Part shown: piece by piece, positions 49,563 through 59,264 of the stretch
How the letters are laid out: every line of letters starts with the position of its first letter
Position numbering within the stretch: the first letter of the stretch is position 1
From: Candidatus Versatilivorator sp.
Lineage (GTDB): Bacteria > Acidobacteriota > Terriglobia > Versatilivoradales > Versatilivoraceae
Assembly: GCA_965207735.1 (NCBI GenBank)
Contig: OZ242296.1
Coordinates: 4,128,001-4,192,000 of the forward strand
DNA: 64,000 nucleotides
Direction of reading: 5' to 3'
Notes under the pieces: generated by a model
Told to the model about the DNA's origin: nothing
What the model saw: the letters and a program-made list of their open reading frames with translations, nothing else
Database searches by the model: none
Program-made: the position numbers and the translations under genes

Positions 49563-52369
49563 ACTGCCTCCACGGCCACACGGGTCAGGTAAGGCGTTGC
49601 ATATCCCCGTCCGGCTTTCAGCGTCGCCCGGTACTGCAGCCAGCGATCTTCCTTCCGGACAGTCAACTCCCCACCTGGTCCCAGCTCCCGCCAGCTTGCT
49701 TGCGCCAGCGCGGCCGAGGTGCTGGCCGTTCGAACTTCGAAGCGCACCTCCGAACCCAGCGGGGTTTCCGCCTGGAAGGACAAAACCAGCTTGGCCGGCC
49801 TCGCGGTCAGCTCGATCGGAACCGACCGGTAGGATTCTCCGGCCTTGCGGCTGGACAGGTTTCCAATGTCGACGTTCTGCATGAAGTGCGGTCCGTGGGC
49901 CGGCAGGTAGCTGCGATTGCGGGTGTGGTAGCCCCGGGGAGATCCCCAGTAGACGAAGCTCTCGTTGCTGTGATTGTCTTCCTTGTAGGTGGTCTTGTGA
50001 TTGAAGACCAGCAAGTCCGGGTGCCCGTCTTCGTCGAAATCCGCGGCCAGCAGCCCGGAAGAGCTTTCCGCCGGCAGATCCGTCCGTCTTTCGGAAGAAA
50101 ATTGGCCGGCGCCATCGTTCCAGAAGAGATAGACGGGCAGATTGCGCCGATCCCTGGAAGCGTACTGCGAAACGGCGATGTCCAGGTCGCCGTCGCGGTC
50201 GAGGTCGGCCACGGCCATGTCGAATGCACCGGCGGTGAGGAACTCGAACCGGTGGGTTTGGGCAAACCCCTCGGCGCTACCCGGGTAGATGCGGATCCAG
50301 GAGTCGTTGCGGTCGAAGGAGTTGTAGGACCGGGTAAGCATCATGTCCAGCCAACCGTCCCCGTCCAGGTCGGCAAACTCGCTGTTGGCCACATAAGCCG
50401 CCTCCACCCAGGCCGACCGATCCAGCGAAAAGCCCCGGCCGTCTCCCAACAACACCCGACTCCTGGAGCCCTGCACGTCGGCCACCAAGACGTCGAGCCG
50501 GCCATCCCGGTTGAAGTCTACCAGCCGGCAGTTCTGGCTGGACTTGGCCACTCCTTCAACCCGCTGGGGATCGGTGGAAACTCCCGCGGCCGAGCCCCAG
50601 GCAATAGCCAGCGAATCGAAGTCGCAAGCCAGGACATCCAGGAAGCCGTCGCGGTTGAGGTCGGCCACGGACCAGGAACCCACCTCCTGCGCGGGAACTT
50701 CCAGTCGGTCCTCCAGGGCGGGGCCGGCGGGACCGCCGCGGTAAATGTAGCTGGCCCCCGCTTGCCCGCTGTAGTGGCGGCCGGAATTGGCCACCAGCAG
50801 CTCGGCGTGATCGTCGTCATCCAGATCCGCCATCAGGGTAGCCATGCCCATCACGCAGGGATAGGCCGTCATGGCGGCAGGACCGTAACCCCGGTGGGGT
50901 CGGCCCCAGTAGACGTAGATCTCTTCTCCCTTTCCGCCCTGAATGCCGCTGCCCGAGTTCCCAAAGAGAAGGTCCGGGCGGCCGTCCCGGTCGATGTCAC
51001 CAGCGGCTACAGCGGTGGCTCCGAAGGTCTGTAGGTCGGTGCGGCTATCCGGCCCGTATCCCCAGGGTTCTCCCCAGTAGACATAGGAGGCAATATCCAG
51101 ATCCCCGTGGGTTCCCTGCAGCTGGTTGGCAAAGACGATCTCGGACCGGCCGTCGCCATTGAGATCGGCAACCGCCACGTCGGTAGCCTCCAGGGTCGGC
51201 AACCACAGGGCCACATCGGTAGACCAGCCTGACTTCCCCCACAAAACGGCGGAGCGGTCGCCGCTTGCCACGACCAGGTCGGTCCGCCCATCCCGATCCA
51301 GATCGGCCAGGACGGCCCGGGCGCCTCCCAGGGCGAGGGTCCTTTTCTCCACCAAACCTCCCGCATCCCAGGAAAACAAGCGCAGGTGCTTCTTGGACAG
51401 GGCCAGCACCACCCTGCCCAGACCCTCGACATCCCCGACACGCACCGACTGCAACTCGGAGACCGAAACCTTGACCACGGCCTCAAGATCCGGCCCTTCG
51501 GGCGAGCCCGGATAGAACCACAGCTCGCCCCGGCCCTGCTCCGATGTGGCGAAGATCAAATCCGGGTAGTCATCTCCGTTCACCTCCCCCAGGGCGCAGC
51601 CGATCGCGGACCGGGTCGGCACCACGCTCCGGTGGTGTGTCCCGTAGCGGTCTCCCGAACCCCAGTAAATGTAGGATCCCTCGTTGATCTTGGGGGGCTT
51701 TCTGCTGCCGGAATTGGCAAAAACGATGTCGGTGTAGCCGTCCCGATTCAGGTCGCCGACCGCCAGATCCCGGGCTCCGACCGTGGGAAGCCCCACCCGT
51801 CTCCGCGTCCGGTACCCGGTAGGATCTCCCCAGTAGATCAGGCTGTCGGTCGAGACGGTGTCTCCGGCTCCCGAGGAGGCAAAAAGAATGTCCGTCGAAC
51901 CGTCCCGGTCCAGATCGTGAAACTGCACGGCGGCGGGACGCTCGACCGGAAATCGGACCACCCAGTCTCGGCTCTTCTCTTCCTGGAGCCACAGGTCGTA
52001 GAGGGCAATGGAACGGTGGACGGGCGAAATGGCGGAACGAAATCCCCGCCTCGTCTGAAGGTAACCCAGCGCATCCACCCCACCCACCATCACGTTATGG
52101 GTATTGCTGAAGACGAACTCGTAGTAACCGTCGTTGTTCAGGTCCCAGCGGTGAATGAGCTGCACGCGCCCGCCTCGGGAGACATAGATGTTTTGACCGG
52201 CATTCTCGAATTCACCCTTGGAGAAAGCCTCGAATCCCTGGTGGACGACCTTGAAGCCTCCATTGCCGGCTGCACCTGTGTCGCCGGACTCATCCGGCCC
52301 CCCTGCCATCCCGCGCGGGGAGACCGCCAGCAAAACGACCAGGCTCAGCATCACCAATGGTTTCATCAT
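49547..52369 (-). CDS. Secreted FG-GAP/VCBS repeat beta-propeller protein
   Basis: Signal peptide MMKPLVMLSLVVLLAVS; about 13 D(L/F)(D/N)xDG Ca-binding motifs alternating with IYWG. Confidence 0.9.
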   Translation of the reverse strand: MMKPLVMLSLVVLLAVSPRGMAGGPDESGDTGAAGNGGFKVVHQGFEAFSKGEFENAGQNIYVSRGGRVQLIHRWDLNNDGYYEFVFSNTHNVMVGGVDALGYLQTRRGFRSAISPVHRSIALYDLWLQEEKSRDWVVRFPVERPAAVQFHDLDRDGSTDILFASSGAGDTVSTDSLIYWGDPTGYRTRRRVGLPTVGARDLAVGDLNRDGYTDIVFANSGSRKPPKINEGSYIYWGSGDRYGTHHRSVVPTRSAIGCALGEVNGDDYPDLIFATSEQGRGELWFYPGSPEGPDLEAVVKVSVSELQSVRVGDVEGLGRVVLALSKKHLRLFSWDAGGLVEKRTLALGGARAVLADLDRDGRTDLVVASGDRSAVLWGKSGWSTDVALWLPTLEATDVAVADLNGDGRSEIVFANQLQGTHGDLDIASYVYWGEPWGYGPDSRTDLQTFGATAVAAGDIDRDGRPDLLFGNSGSGIQGGKGEEIYVYWGRPHRGYGPAAMTAYPCVMGMATLMADLDDDDHAELLVANSGRHYSGQAGASYIYRGGPAGPALEDRLEVPAQEVGSWSVADLNRDGFLDVLACDFDSLAIAWGSAAGVSTDPQRVEGVAKSSQNCRLVDFNRDGRLDVLVADVQGSRSRVLLGDGRGFSLDRSAWVEAAYVANSEFADLDGDGWLDMMLTRSYNSFDRNDSWIRIYPGSAEGFAQTHRFEFLTAGAFDMAVADLDRDGDLDIAVSQYASRDRRNLPVYLFWNDGAGQFSSERRTDLPAESSSGLLAADFDEDGHPDLLVFNHKTTYKEDNHSNESFVYWGSPRGYHTRNRSYLPAHGPHFMQNVDIGNLSSRKAGESYRSVPIELTARPAKLVLSFQAETPLGSEVRFEVRTASTSAALAQASWRELGPGGELTVRKEDRWLQYRATLKAGRGYATPYLTRVAVEAVASGE

Positions 52370-52463
52370 GACCAATACCTCACGCTCAAATTCGATTCCG
52401 TAGTAGATTATGGGTGGAGTCGGCAATGCCCGTTGCGCCGCCGGCGTCCGATCGGGAGATTCC

Positions 52464-53405
52464 ATGAGCGAAAAACTCGACATCCATCCCGCCTCTTCCG
52501 AGGAACGGCTGCGGATCTATGAGAACATCTTTGAGTTCTGGCCCATGGCTCCTTCCCTGGAAGAGCATCTTCGACTCCGATTGGAGTCCGCCAAACACCA
52601 ACGGGCCCAGTGGTACGCCGGATGCCTGGGCGGCAAGGTGGTGGCTTCGCTAGGCTGCCATCCTTTGAAATATCACCTCGACGGCCGGGAGGTGGACGGC
52701 TTCTCCATCGCATCGGTTCACACCCGACCCGAATATCGGCGCCGGGGTTTTGCCGCTGCAGTCATGGATTGGGCGGAACGCGACCGGAAGAAGCAGGGAG
52801 CCCGACTCAGTTCTCTCTACTCCGACATCGATCCGGGCTACTACGCCAAGCAGGGTTACCTGGGCTGTCCTTCCTGGAACGCCCGGACGGCACCCGGTCC
52901 GGTGTCCCCCGGAACCGGGGAGCAATCCTGGGTCTTGCATCGATTTTCCGCTTCTCAGGCCTTACCGGAGCTTCAAGGCTTCTACCGCGCCTATCACGGA
53001 TCCTACCCCCTGGCCGTGGCGCGCTCGCTCGACTACTGGAAATACACCTTGCTCAAGCAACCTGGGGATGACTTCTACTGGTTGAAAGACCCGGATTTGC
53101 GAACCCAGGGCTACGTGCGGATGACAGAGATGGACGGAGACTGGCAAATCAGCGATTTCGCGGTCAGGCGGGAACGGTCCGACTCCCTCCACCTGCTGTT
53201 CAGGCTGGTCATCGACCTGGCGGGGAAAACAGGGAAGACCGAGGTTCGAGGATGGCTGCCCGACGAGCCAGCCATCCGGTCCCTGTTCGACCTTCAACCC
53301 CGAACCGAATCCGTCACCATGGTCAAACCCCTGGACGCCGGCTTGAAGATCGGGGAGAGGCACCTGGCGACCGCCGACCGATTCTGCAAGATCGACCACG
53401 TCTGA
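52464..53405 (+). CDS. GNAT family acetyltransferase (tandem-domain, Eis-like)
   Basis: Motif A VHTRPEYRRRGFA; LYSDI..YY.KQGY; RBS GGAG. Confidence 0.88.
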   Translation: MSEKLDIHPASSEERLRIYENIFEFWPMAPSLEEHLRLRLESAKHQRAQWYAGCLGGKVVASLGCHPLKYHLDGREVDGFSIASVHTRPEYRRRGFAAAVMDWAERDRKKQGARLSSLYSDIDPGYYAKQGYLGCPSWNARTAPGPVSPGTGEQSWVLHRFSASQALPELQGFYRAYHGSYPLAVARSLDYWKYTLLKQPGDDFYWLKDPDLRTQGYVRMTEMDGDWQISDFAVRRERSDSLHLLFRLVIDLAGKTGKTEVRGWLPDEPAIRSLFDLQPRTESVTMVKPLDAGLKIGERHLATADRFCKIDHV

Positions 53406-53678
53406 CCCGGACCCATTCACCCGCCCAGATAGGGCGGACGCGGGCCCATTCCAACGCGGACCTCCAGATCCCTCTTCCAGTCCTCCAGATCCGGACCCTT
53501 GATGCCCTGTGCCCGGCTGCGGAGGGAAGCCATCTGTTGAGGCGAATAGGGCTGAACTCCCGGGCAATCTCAAGCTGCGGGCATGGAGTGGATTATAATA
53601 CCGAAACGGCCTTGAGGTCACTGTTTCCGGCCGGTTTTGCCGGTGTCGTTCCCTATGCCAACCCATCCCCGGAAACCT

Positions 53679-54662
53679 ATGGCAAATCGTTCACCCAGCC
53701 TCTCCATCACCGACACCATCGGCAATACCCCTCTGGTCGAGCTCAAGCGCACGGGGAGCATCCTGGGGCTTCGGGGACGCCTATTGGCCAAGCTGGAGTA
53801 TTTCAACCCGGGATTCAGCAAGAAGGATCGGATTGCGCTGGAGATGATTCGAGAGGCTAGGCGGGACGGCTCGCTTCGTCCGGGACAAACGGTGGTGGAA
53901 CTCACCAGCGGAAACACAGGCACCGGCCTGGCCATTGTTTGCCGGGCTCGGGGACATCCCTTCGTCGCGGTCATGTCGCGTGGAAACACCCCCGAGAGAG
54001 CACGGATGATGCGGGCTCTGGGCGCGGAGGTAGTGCTGGTAGACCAGGCTCCGGGTTCTCCTCCCAACCAGGTCTCCGGCGAGGATCTGGCCTTGGTGGA
54101 AAAGAGAACCGGCCAACTGGTCCGGGAGCGCCAGGCTTTTCGAGCCAACCAGTTCGAGCTGAAATCCAACGCACTGGCCCACGAACGCTTCACGGGTCCC
54201 GAACTGTGGGAACAGTCCGGTGGCTACATCGACGTGTTCCTGGATTTCGTGGGCTCGGGCGGAAGCTTCAGCGGTGTGACCCGCTATCTGAAAGGGCAAA
54301 AACCCGAAATTCGCGCCTACATCGTGGAGCCCGCCGGAGCGGCCGTGCTGGCCGGGAAAGCGGTCAAGCGTTCCAACCACCAGCTACAGGGCGGTGGATA
54401 CAGCCTTGCCGATCTCCCGCTTGTGGATCGAAACCTGGTGAGCGGCTACCTTCAGGTCACCGATGACGAGGCAATTGCAGCCGCCAGGATGCTGGCTGCA
54501 GAGGAAGGGATATTCGGAGGTTTCTCGTCGGGGGCTAATCTGGCCGCGGCCATTCAACTGCTACAAAAGAAGGAGAAAGGGGCCACCGTCGCTTTCCTGG
54601 TCTGCGACAGTGGCTTGAAATACTTGAGCACTCCCCTTCACCCCGACCTGGAGACCGCTTAG
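53679..54662 (+). CDS. cysK: PLP-dependent cysteine synthase family protein
   Basis: IGNTPLV, KLEYFNPGFSKKDR, TSGNTG, GSGG and GFSSGAN motifs. It is a divergent member (S-K-K-D-R), so substrate is uncertain. Confidence 0.8.
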   Translation: MANRSPSLSITDTIGNTPLVELKRTGSILGLRGRLLAKLEYFNPGFSKKDRIALEMIREARRDGSLRPGQTVVELTSGNTGTGLAIVCRARGHPFVAVMSRGNTPERARMMRALGAEVVLVDQAPGSPPNQVSGEDLALVEKRTGQLVRERQAFRANQFELKSNALAHERFTGPELWEQSGGYIDVFLDFVGSGGSFSGVTRYLKGQKPEIRAYIVEPAGAAVLAGKAVKRSNHQLQGGGYSLADLPLVDRNLVSGYLQVTDDEAIAAARMLAAEEGIFGGFSSGANLAAAIQLLQKKEKGATVAFLVCDSGLKYLSTPLHPDLETA

Positions 54663-54669
54663 AGTCCAC

Positions 54670-54930
54670 TTACTTCTTGTACCAGTCGGCGTTGATCTCC
54701 AGGTACTCGCTCCACTGTTCGGGAAGGTCGTCTTCAGCGAAAATAGCCTCCACCGGACAGGCAGGGACGCAGGCGTTGCAGTCGATACACTCGTCCGGAT
54801 CGATGTATAGCTGCACGGCACCCTCAAATTCATCCTCGTCGGTCTTCGGGTGGATGCAATCCACGGGACAGACGTCCACGCAGGCTGTATCTTTGGTTCC
54901 GATACAGGGCTCGGCAATCACGTAAGCCAT
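54670..54930 (-). CDS. fdxA: 7Fe-type ferredoxin, copy 1
   Basis: CIGTKDTACVDVCPVDC and CIDCNACVPACP motifs; RBS AAGGAGG. Confidence 0.93.
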   Translation of the reverse strand: MAYVIAEPCIGTKDTACVDVCPVDCIHPKTDEDEFEGAVQLYIDPDECIDCNACVPACPVEAIFAEDDLPEQWSEYLEINADWYKK

Positions 54931-55023
54931 GATCGATTTCCTCCTTGTTTCAGCTCCGGGAGCATGAGGTTCACAATGTTGGAGGGGTAAGCCCACCCCC
55001 ATCCCGTCGTCAAGCGAAAGCGC

Positions 55024-55284
55024 TCACTTCTGGTACCAGTCAGCGTTGATTTCAAGGTACTCGTTCCACTGATCCGGAAGATCTTCTTCGGCGAAGATGG
55101 CTTCCACCGGACAGGCAGGAACACAGGCACCGCAGTCGATGCATTCTTCAGGATCGATGTAGAGCTGCTCGGCCTCTTCGAACCCACCTTCATCGGACTT
55201 GGGATGAATGCAATCCACCGGACACACATCCACACAGGCAGTGTCCTTGGTTCCAATGCAGGGCTCGGTGATGATGTAGGTCAT
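55024..55284 (-). CDS. fdxA: 7Fe-type ferredoxin, copy 2
   Basis: CIGTKDTACVDVCPVDC and CIDCGACVPACP motifs; RBS GAGGAG. Confidence 0.93.
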   Translation of the reverse strand: MTYIITEPCIGTKDTACVDVCPVDCIHPKSDEGGFEEAEQLYIDPEECIDCGACVPACPVEAIFAEEDLPDQWNEYLEINADWYQK

Positions 55285-55570
55285 GCCAAACTCCTCTTAA
55301 AAAATGATGCCTTCAGGAACATTTCAGGAAACCCGACGTTCGACCCTGGCCGACTGTCGCCTAAAGGTATCTGCCAGGAAAGGACTCTTGTCAACCAAAA
55401 CTTTAGCCGCCAGGCGGGAAGCGCGATTTCCTGCAGCCGGCAATACCGGCAAACAACAGAAAAATAGTAACATGGGCGGAAATCCCAATCAATCTCATCT
55501 TGGGCGTCCGACCGGATTTTACCCTTCCCGACGATACCGCGGCCCGGCACTCCCGAGCACTCCACTATTG

Positions 55571-55631
55571 CTCCCTTCTTGAGGGGGAGTCGCAGAAGCC
55601 GGGCTGCAGCCGAAGGCTAACGCGGTGGGGG
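55571..55631. repeat. Solo REP-like unit related to 32649-32670
   Basis: CTCCCTTCTTGAGGGGGAGTCG followed by a GC-rich tail. Confidence 0.65.
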
Positions 55632-55659
55632 CGGACGACGGCCGGGTTCGGGTCCCAGT

Positions 55660-56046
55660 TCACCCCTCGCTGGGATGGCGAGCCTCGATGGTGCTCTTCA
55701 TGCCGCCGCGCACGTTGAATTCGCCTCGAACCACCGCCCGCACAGGCTGACAGGCCTCAACCACGTCGCGCAGGATTCGATTCACGGCATTCTCGTAAAA
55801 GATGCCCAGGGATCGGTACCCGAGGATGTAACTCTTGAAGGACTTGAGTTCCAGGCAGACCCGGTCGGGCACGTAACTCAGGGTGACGGTGCCGAAGTCA
55901 GGCAGGTTGGTCTTGGGACAAATGGACGTATATTCCGGCACCTGGATCGTAATCTCGTAGTCTCGAAACTGGTTGGGCCACACCTCCAGCTTGGGAAGCA
56001 CCGCATCGATTCCGGACTTGGCATGATCCGGGGTGTATTCAGCCAT
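55660..56046 (-). CDS. queF: NADPH-dependent preQ0 reductase (QueF type I)
   Basis: PEYTSICPKTNLPDFG, QueF motif ELKSFKSY, and VRGG. Confidence 0.95.
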   Translation of the reverse strand: MAEYTPDHAKSGIDAVLPKLEVWPNQFRDYEITIQVPEYTSICPKTNLPDFGTVTLSYVPDRVCLELKSFKSYILGYRSLGIFYENAVNRILRDVVEACQPVRAVVRGEFNVRGGMKSTIEARHPSEG

Positions 56047-56629
56047 CGGAGTTCTCCTCCAGCAACCGGCCGGCCATGGCTGAAACCTCGGGGAGGGTGT
56101 TGGCTCCCACAAACTTTCCGGCCAGCCTGCCCTGGGGATCGATGACAAAGAAGGTGGGCAGGGTGGCCACGTCACCCAATGGGTCCAGGTCGACCAGCGT
56201 ACGCAGTAGAAAGGCGGGAGGGGGGTGGGGAACGGCCACCCTGTAATTGATCTCGGGATGCCTCTCCAGGAAAGGATCCAGATCTTCCCAGCCTCCACGG
56301 TCCACACTCAACCCCAACAGATCGAAAGGCGCTGCCCTAAACCTCTCTGCCAGCGCCACCAGACGCGGAATGCCCTCAACGCAGGGAGGACACCAACTGG
56401 CCCAGACGTCCACCACCACCACCCGCCCGGAAAAGTCACCGATATCCTCGACTCCGCGCCGGGTTTCAAAGTGAAATCCGCCGACATCCGGACGGGAGGC
56501 GGGGTCTGCATAACGCCCGGCCATCCGGCCGCTCCGGATCCGTGGCGCCACCTGAAAGTGGTAGTAGGCAAGGGCCGAGCCCAGCAGGATGATTCCAGCC
56601 ACTCCCAATGCCAGCGGCAACCGTTTCAT
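56039..56629 (-). CDS. TlpA/ResA-like membrane-anchored thiol-disulfide oxidoreductase
   Basis: N-terminal TM; WASWCPPC; cis-Pro LPTFFVID; ATGA overlap with the upstream gene. Confidence 0.9.
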   Translation of the reverse strand: MKRLPLALGVAGIILLGSALAYYHFQVAPRIRSGRMAGRYADPASRPDVGGFHFETRRGVEDIGDFSGRVVVVDVWASWCPPCVEGIPRLVALAERFRAAPFDLLGLSVDRGGWEDLDPFLERHPEINYRVAVPHPPPAFLLRTLVDLDPLGDVATLPTFFVIDPQGRLAGKFVGANTLPEVSAMAGRLLEENSDG

Positions 56630-58035
56630 GGGGCGAGACCCGTTTCCTGGGACAACTCCCGCCTGAGCAGGTCCAGCGCATGGGTCACCAGTCGATCCCT
56701 GCGCAGCCGGCGGCCCTTTCTCACGTTGATCCTGCGGGAGGCGAAGCCTGTCCTGACCGACCCGGCGGATATCCAGACGGACGCCGCCCCGCTCTCTTCC
56801 AGACCCACCGGACCCACCACCAGTCCCCAAGCCTCCGCTTCCTTTTCCGCCGCTCGTTTCGCCAGCATGCTGACGACCCGCTCCGGTGAAGCGGCCGTGG
56901 TCGCTTCGCCCCTGCCGCCCAACAATCGGCTCAAGGCCTGAGGACTCCCGGCCGCATAGGCTCCGGCGAAACGGGAAGAATCCCTCCGCCCCGCCAGCAG
57001 ACTGGAGGAAACGGCTCCTCCGCTGGCGATTTCCCCCAGCACCAGGGATATCTCTCGCTGCAGCAGCAGTTGCCAGATCCGATCCTCCAGCGAAGCACCG
57101 GCGTCGGAATACATGTACTCCCCGACGTGATCGAGAAGCTCACCTTGCAGAGCCCTCAGGCGCTCCAGTTCCTGAGGCGAGTTGCCGGGAAAGGAGAAGG
57201 TGATATCGACGCGGTTGGAGTTGAAGGAAGACCAGACCGCCAATTCCCCCGGCAACTTCAAATGGTCGCGAATCACCCGGTCGATGCTGGATTGGCCGAT
57301 ACCTGCAAAACGCATGGTCAGAGAATGGCCGACCTTGCGCAGCCCGAAACGCTCCGACAGATAGGGCACCAGCTCGTTCCTGACCATGGGTTGAAGCTCG
57401 CGCGGAGGCCCCGGCAACGCCGCTATCACTTGCTGGCCATCGTCGAAAACCAACCCCACGGCGGTTCCGTTGGGATTGGGCAGGTAGGTCCCCTTCTCGG
57501 GGGCCAGCGCCTGCCCGCGCAAGACGGGCCGCAGGATTCCCTTTTCCCCACCGTATCTCCGCTTGAGATCGTTCAAGGCTCCGGGATGCTCCTTGAGGGA
57601 GATGGCAGTGTAGTCGGAGAGCACTACGCGGGTGATGTCCTGACTGGTGGGACCCAGACCGCCGGTGGTCAGGACCAGGGGAGCCTTGCCGCGGGCGAAA
57701 TCCAGGGCCTGTTGCAGGTCGGTCTGAAGGTCTCCGATGCTCATCGAACCCAGGCAGCGATATCCCAAGGGACCCAAGGTGCGGGTGATGAACTGGGTAT
57801 GCCGATCGGCATAGACGCCCTGGAGCAGCTCGCTACCGGTCACGATGATGAAGTAGTCCAGACTCTCCCGGCTTACCCCTTCGGCCGAGGCCCCTGCGGC
57901 GACAGCCTCGGGGCGGCCTCCCACCGAAACCAGGACCAGTAGAGCGACAGACAGCCACTTCGGGCCGGCGATTGTCCCCGGACCGTATTTCTCGCCGGGT
58001 CGCTGGAGATATTGTGAAAGACTATTTATTTTCAT
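56626..58035 (-). CDS. cinA: CinA-like protein (MoCF/MocF domain + degenerate PncC domain)
   Basis: TGSELLQG, TGGLGPT..DIT, NPNGTAVG and LPGPPREL motifs. The C-terminal domain lacks ESCTGG. Confidence 0.82.
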   Translation of the reverse strand: MKINSLSQYLQRPGEKYGPGTIAGPKWLSVALLVLVSVGGRPEAVAAGASAEGVSRESLDYFIIVTGSELLQGVYADRHTQFITRTLGPLGYRCLGSMSIGDLQTDLQQALDFARGKAPLVLTTGGLGPTSQDITRVVLSDYTAISLKEHPGALNDLKRRYGGEKGILRPVLRGQALAPEKGTYLPNPNGTAVGLVFDDGQQVIAALPGPPRELQPMVRNELVPYLSERFGLRKVGHSLTMRFAGIGQSSIDRVIRDHLKLPGELAVWSSFNSNRVDITFSFPGNSPQELERLRALQGELLDHVGEYMYSDAGASLEDRIWQLLLQREISLVLGEIASGGAVSSSLLAGRRDSSRFAGAYAAGSPQALSRLLGGRGEATTAASPERVVSMLAKRAAEKEAEAWGLVVGPVGLEESGAASVWISAGSVRTGFASRRINVRKGRRLRRDRLVTHALDLLRRELSQETGLAP

Positions 58036-58062
58036 TGCCTTATTGGCCTTGTTTTGCCCGCT

Positions 58063-59190
58063 TCAACTTCCCGCCAGAGCCGCCAGCAAGCGGTCCACGT
58101 CCCGGCTGTCGTTGTAGAGGTGTCCGGAAATCCGCACCCGGCCCAGCTCGCCCCAGACCAGGATTCCCCGGCTCCTCAGATGATCATGTATCTTCCCGGC
58201 TTCTTCAGACAGAAAGCAGGTGTTTCCGGAACGAGCCGAGGGCTCCCCGGGCGTGATTACGGTGTGTCCCAGCCGCTCCAGGCCGGCCGCGATCCTTGCC
58301 GACAACTGCCGGGCATGTTCCTGAATGCGATCCATCCCCGTGCTCAGCAGCACATCCAGAGCATTGTTCAAGAACATCACCGACACCAGGCTGGGGTTGC
58401 CGGGCTCCATCTTCTCCGGCATGGGCCTGATCGGAACCTCCGGGAGAACTTCCATGCGTTCCTCCGGCCAGGCCACCAGGTTGCGCCAGCCGAAGCAGGT
58501 TGCGGCCGTGCGACTCTCGGCCCTGGGGCTCAGATAGCAGGGAGCCACCCCATGGGTGGCCAGCATCCACTTGTAGGAACTGCTCACGCACAGGTCGGTC
58601 ACGCCTGCCGGAACCTCCACCACGCCCGAGCCATGGGTGGCGTCCACGGCCAGCAGCACACCTCGCCGAGAGGCCCCCTCCGCCAGGCGCTGCAAGTCCA
58701 GGCACTGGCCGGTGTAGAAGCTCACCTGGCTAACGGCCAGCACCCGGGTGCGGGCGTCCATGGCCCCCAGCAGATCCTCCTCCCTGACCTTCCAGCGGCG
58801 ATGGGGAACCCGTCGGACCGCCACGCCCTCCGCCTCCAGCGATTTCCAGGCGTAGCCCACCGAAGGAAACTCGAGGCTGGTGGTCACGATGTTGTCCCCG
58901 GCACTCCAATCGAGACCTCGCGCCAGCCAGTTCATCCCCTCTGCCGACGAGGGCATGAAGGCCACCCGGTCGGCTGGGACGTTCCACAACCGGGCCACCT
59001 TCTTCCGGCAGGCCTCGGTCCGGGCGGCCACCTCCCCCCGCCCTTCGTACCCCCGACTCTTCAAGCGGGCGAAATCGGCGTAGACCGACTGGTGGCTCTT
59101 CATCCAGGGAGCCTCCCCACCCGTGCAGAGGTGGGTCACTCCTTCCAGTCCGACGAAGGCATCCGGAGAAATGAGCGGTTCGATCTTCAT
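58063..59190 (-). CDS. Class V PLP-dependent aminotransferase/C-S lyase family protein
   Basis: EFPS, VDATH, SSYKW (PLP Lys) and RISGHLYN motifs. Confidence 0.9.
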   Translation of the reverse strand: MKIEPLISPDAFVGLEGVTHLCTGGEAPWMKSHQSVYADFARLKSRGYEGRGEVAARTEACRKKVARLWNVPADRVAFMPSSAEGMNWLARGLDWSAGDNIVTTSLEFPSVGYAWKSLEAEGVAVRRVPHRRWKVREEDLLGAMDARTRVLAVSQVSFYTGQCLDLQRLAEGASRRGVLLAVDATHGSGVVEVPAGVTDLCVSSSYKWMLATHGVAPCYLSPRAESRTAATCFGWRNLVAWPEERMEVLPEVPIRPMPEKMEPGNPSLVSVMFLNNALDVLLSTGMDRIQEHARQLSARIAAGLERLGHTVITPGEPSARSGNTCFLSEEAGKIHDHLRSRGILVWGELGRVRISGHLYNDSRDVDRLLAALAGS

Positions 59191-59264
59191 TGGGGTCTCA
59201 GTGGATCAGGGTGGCAACGGCCGCCGGAATGGCCGCAAGCGCCGCACCCGTGGGCGCCTGCGAA

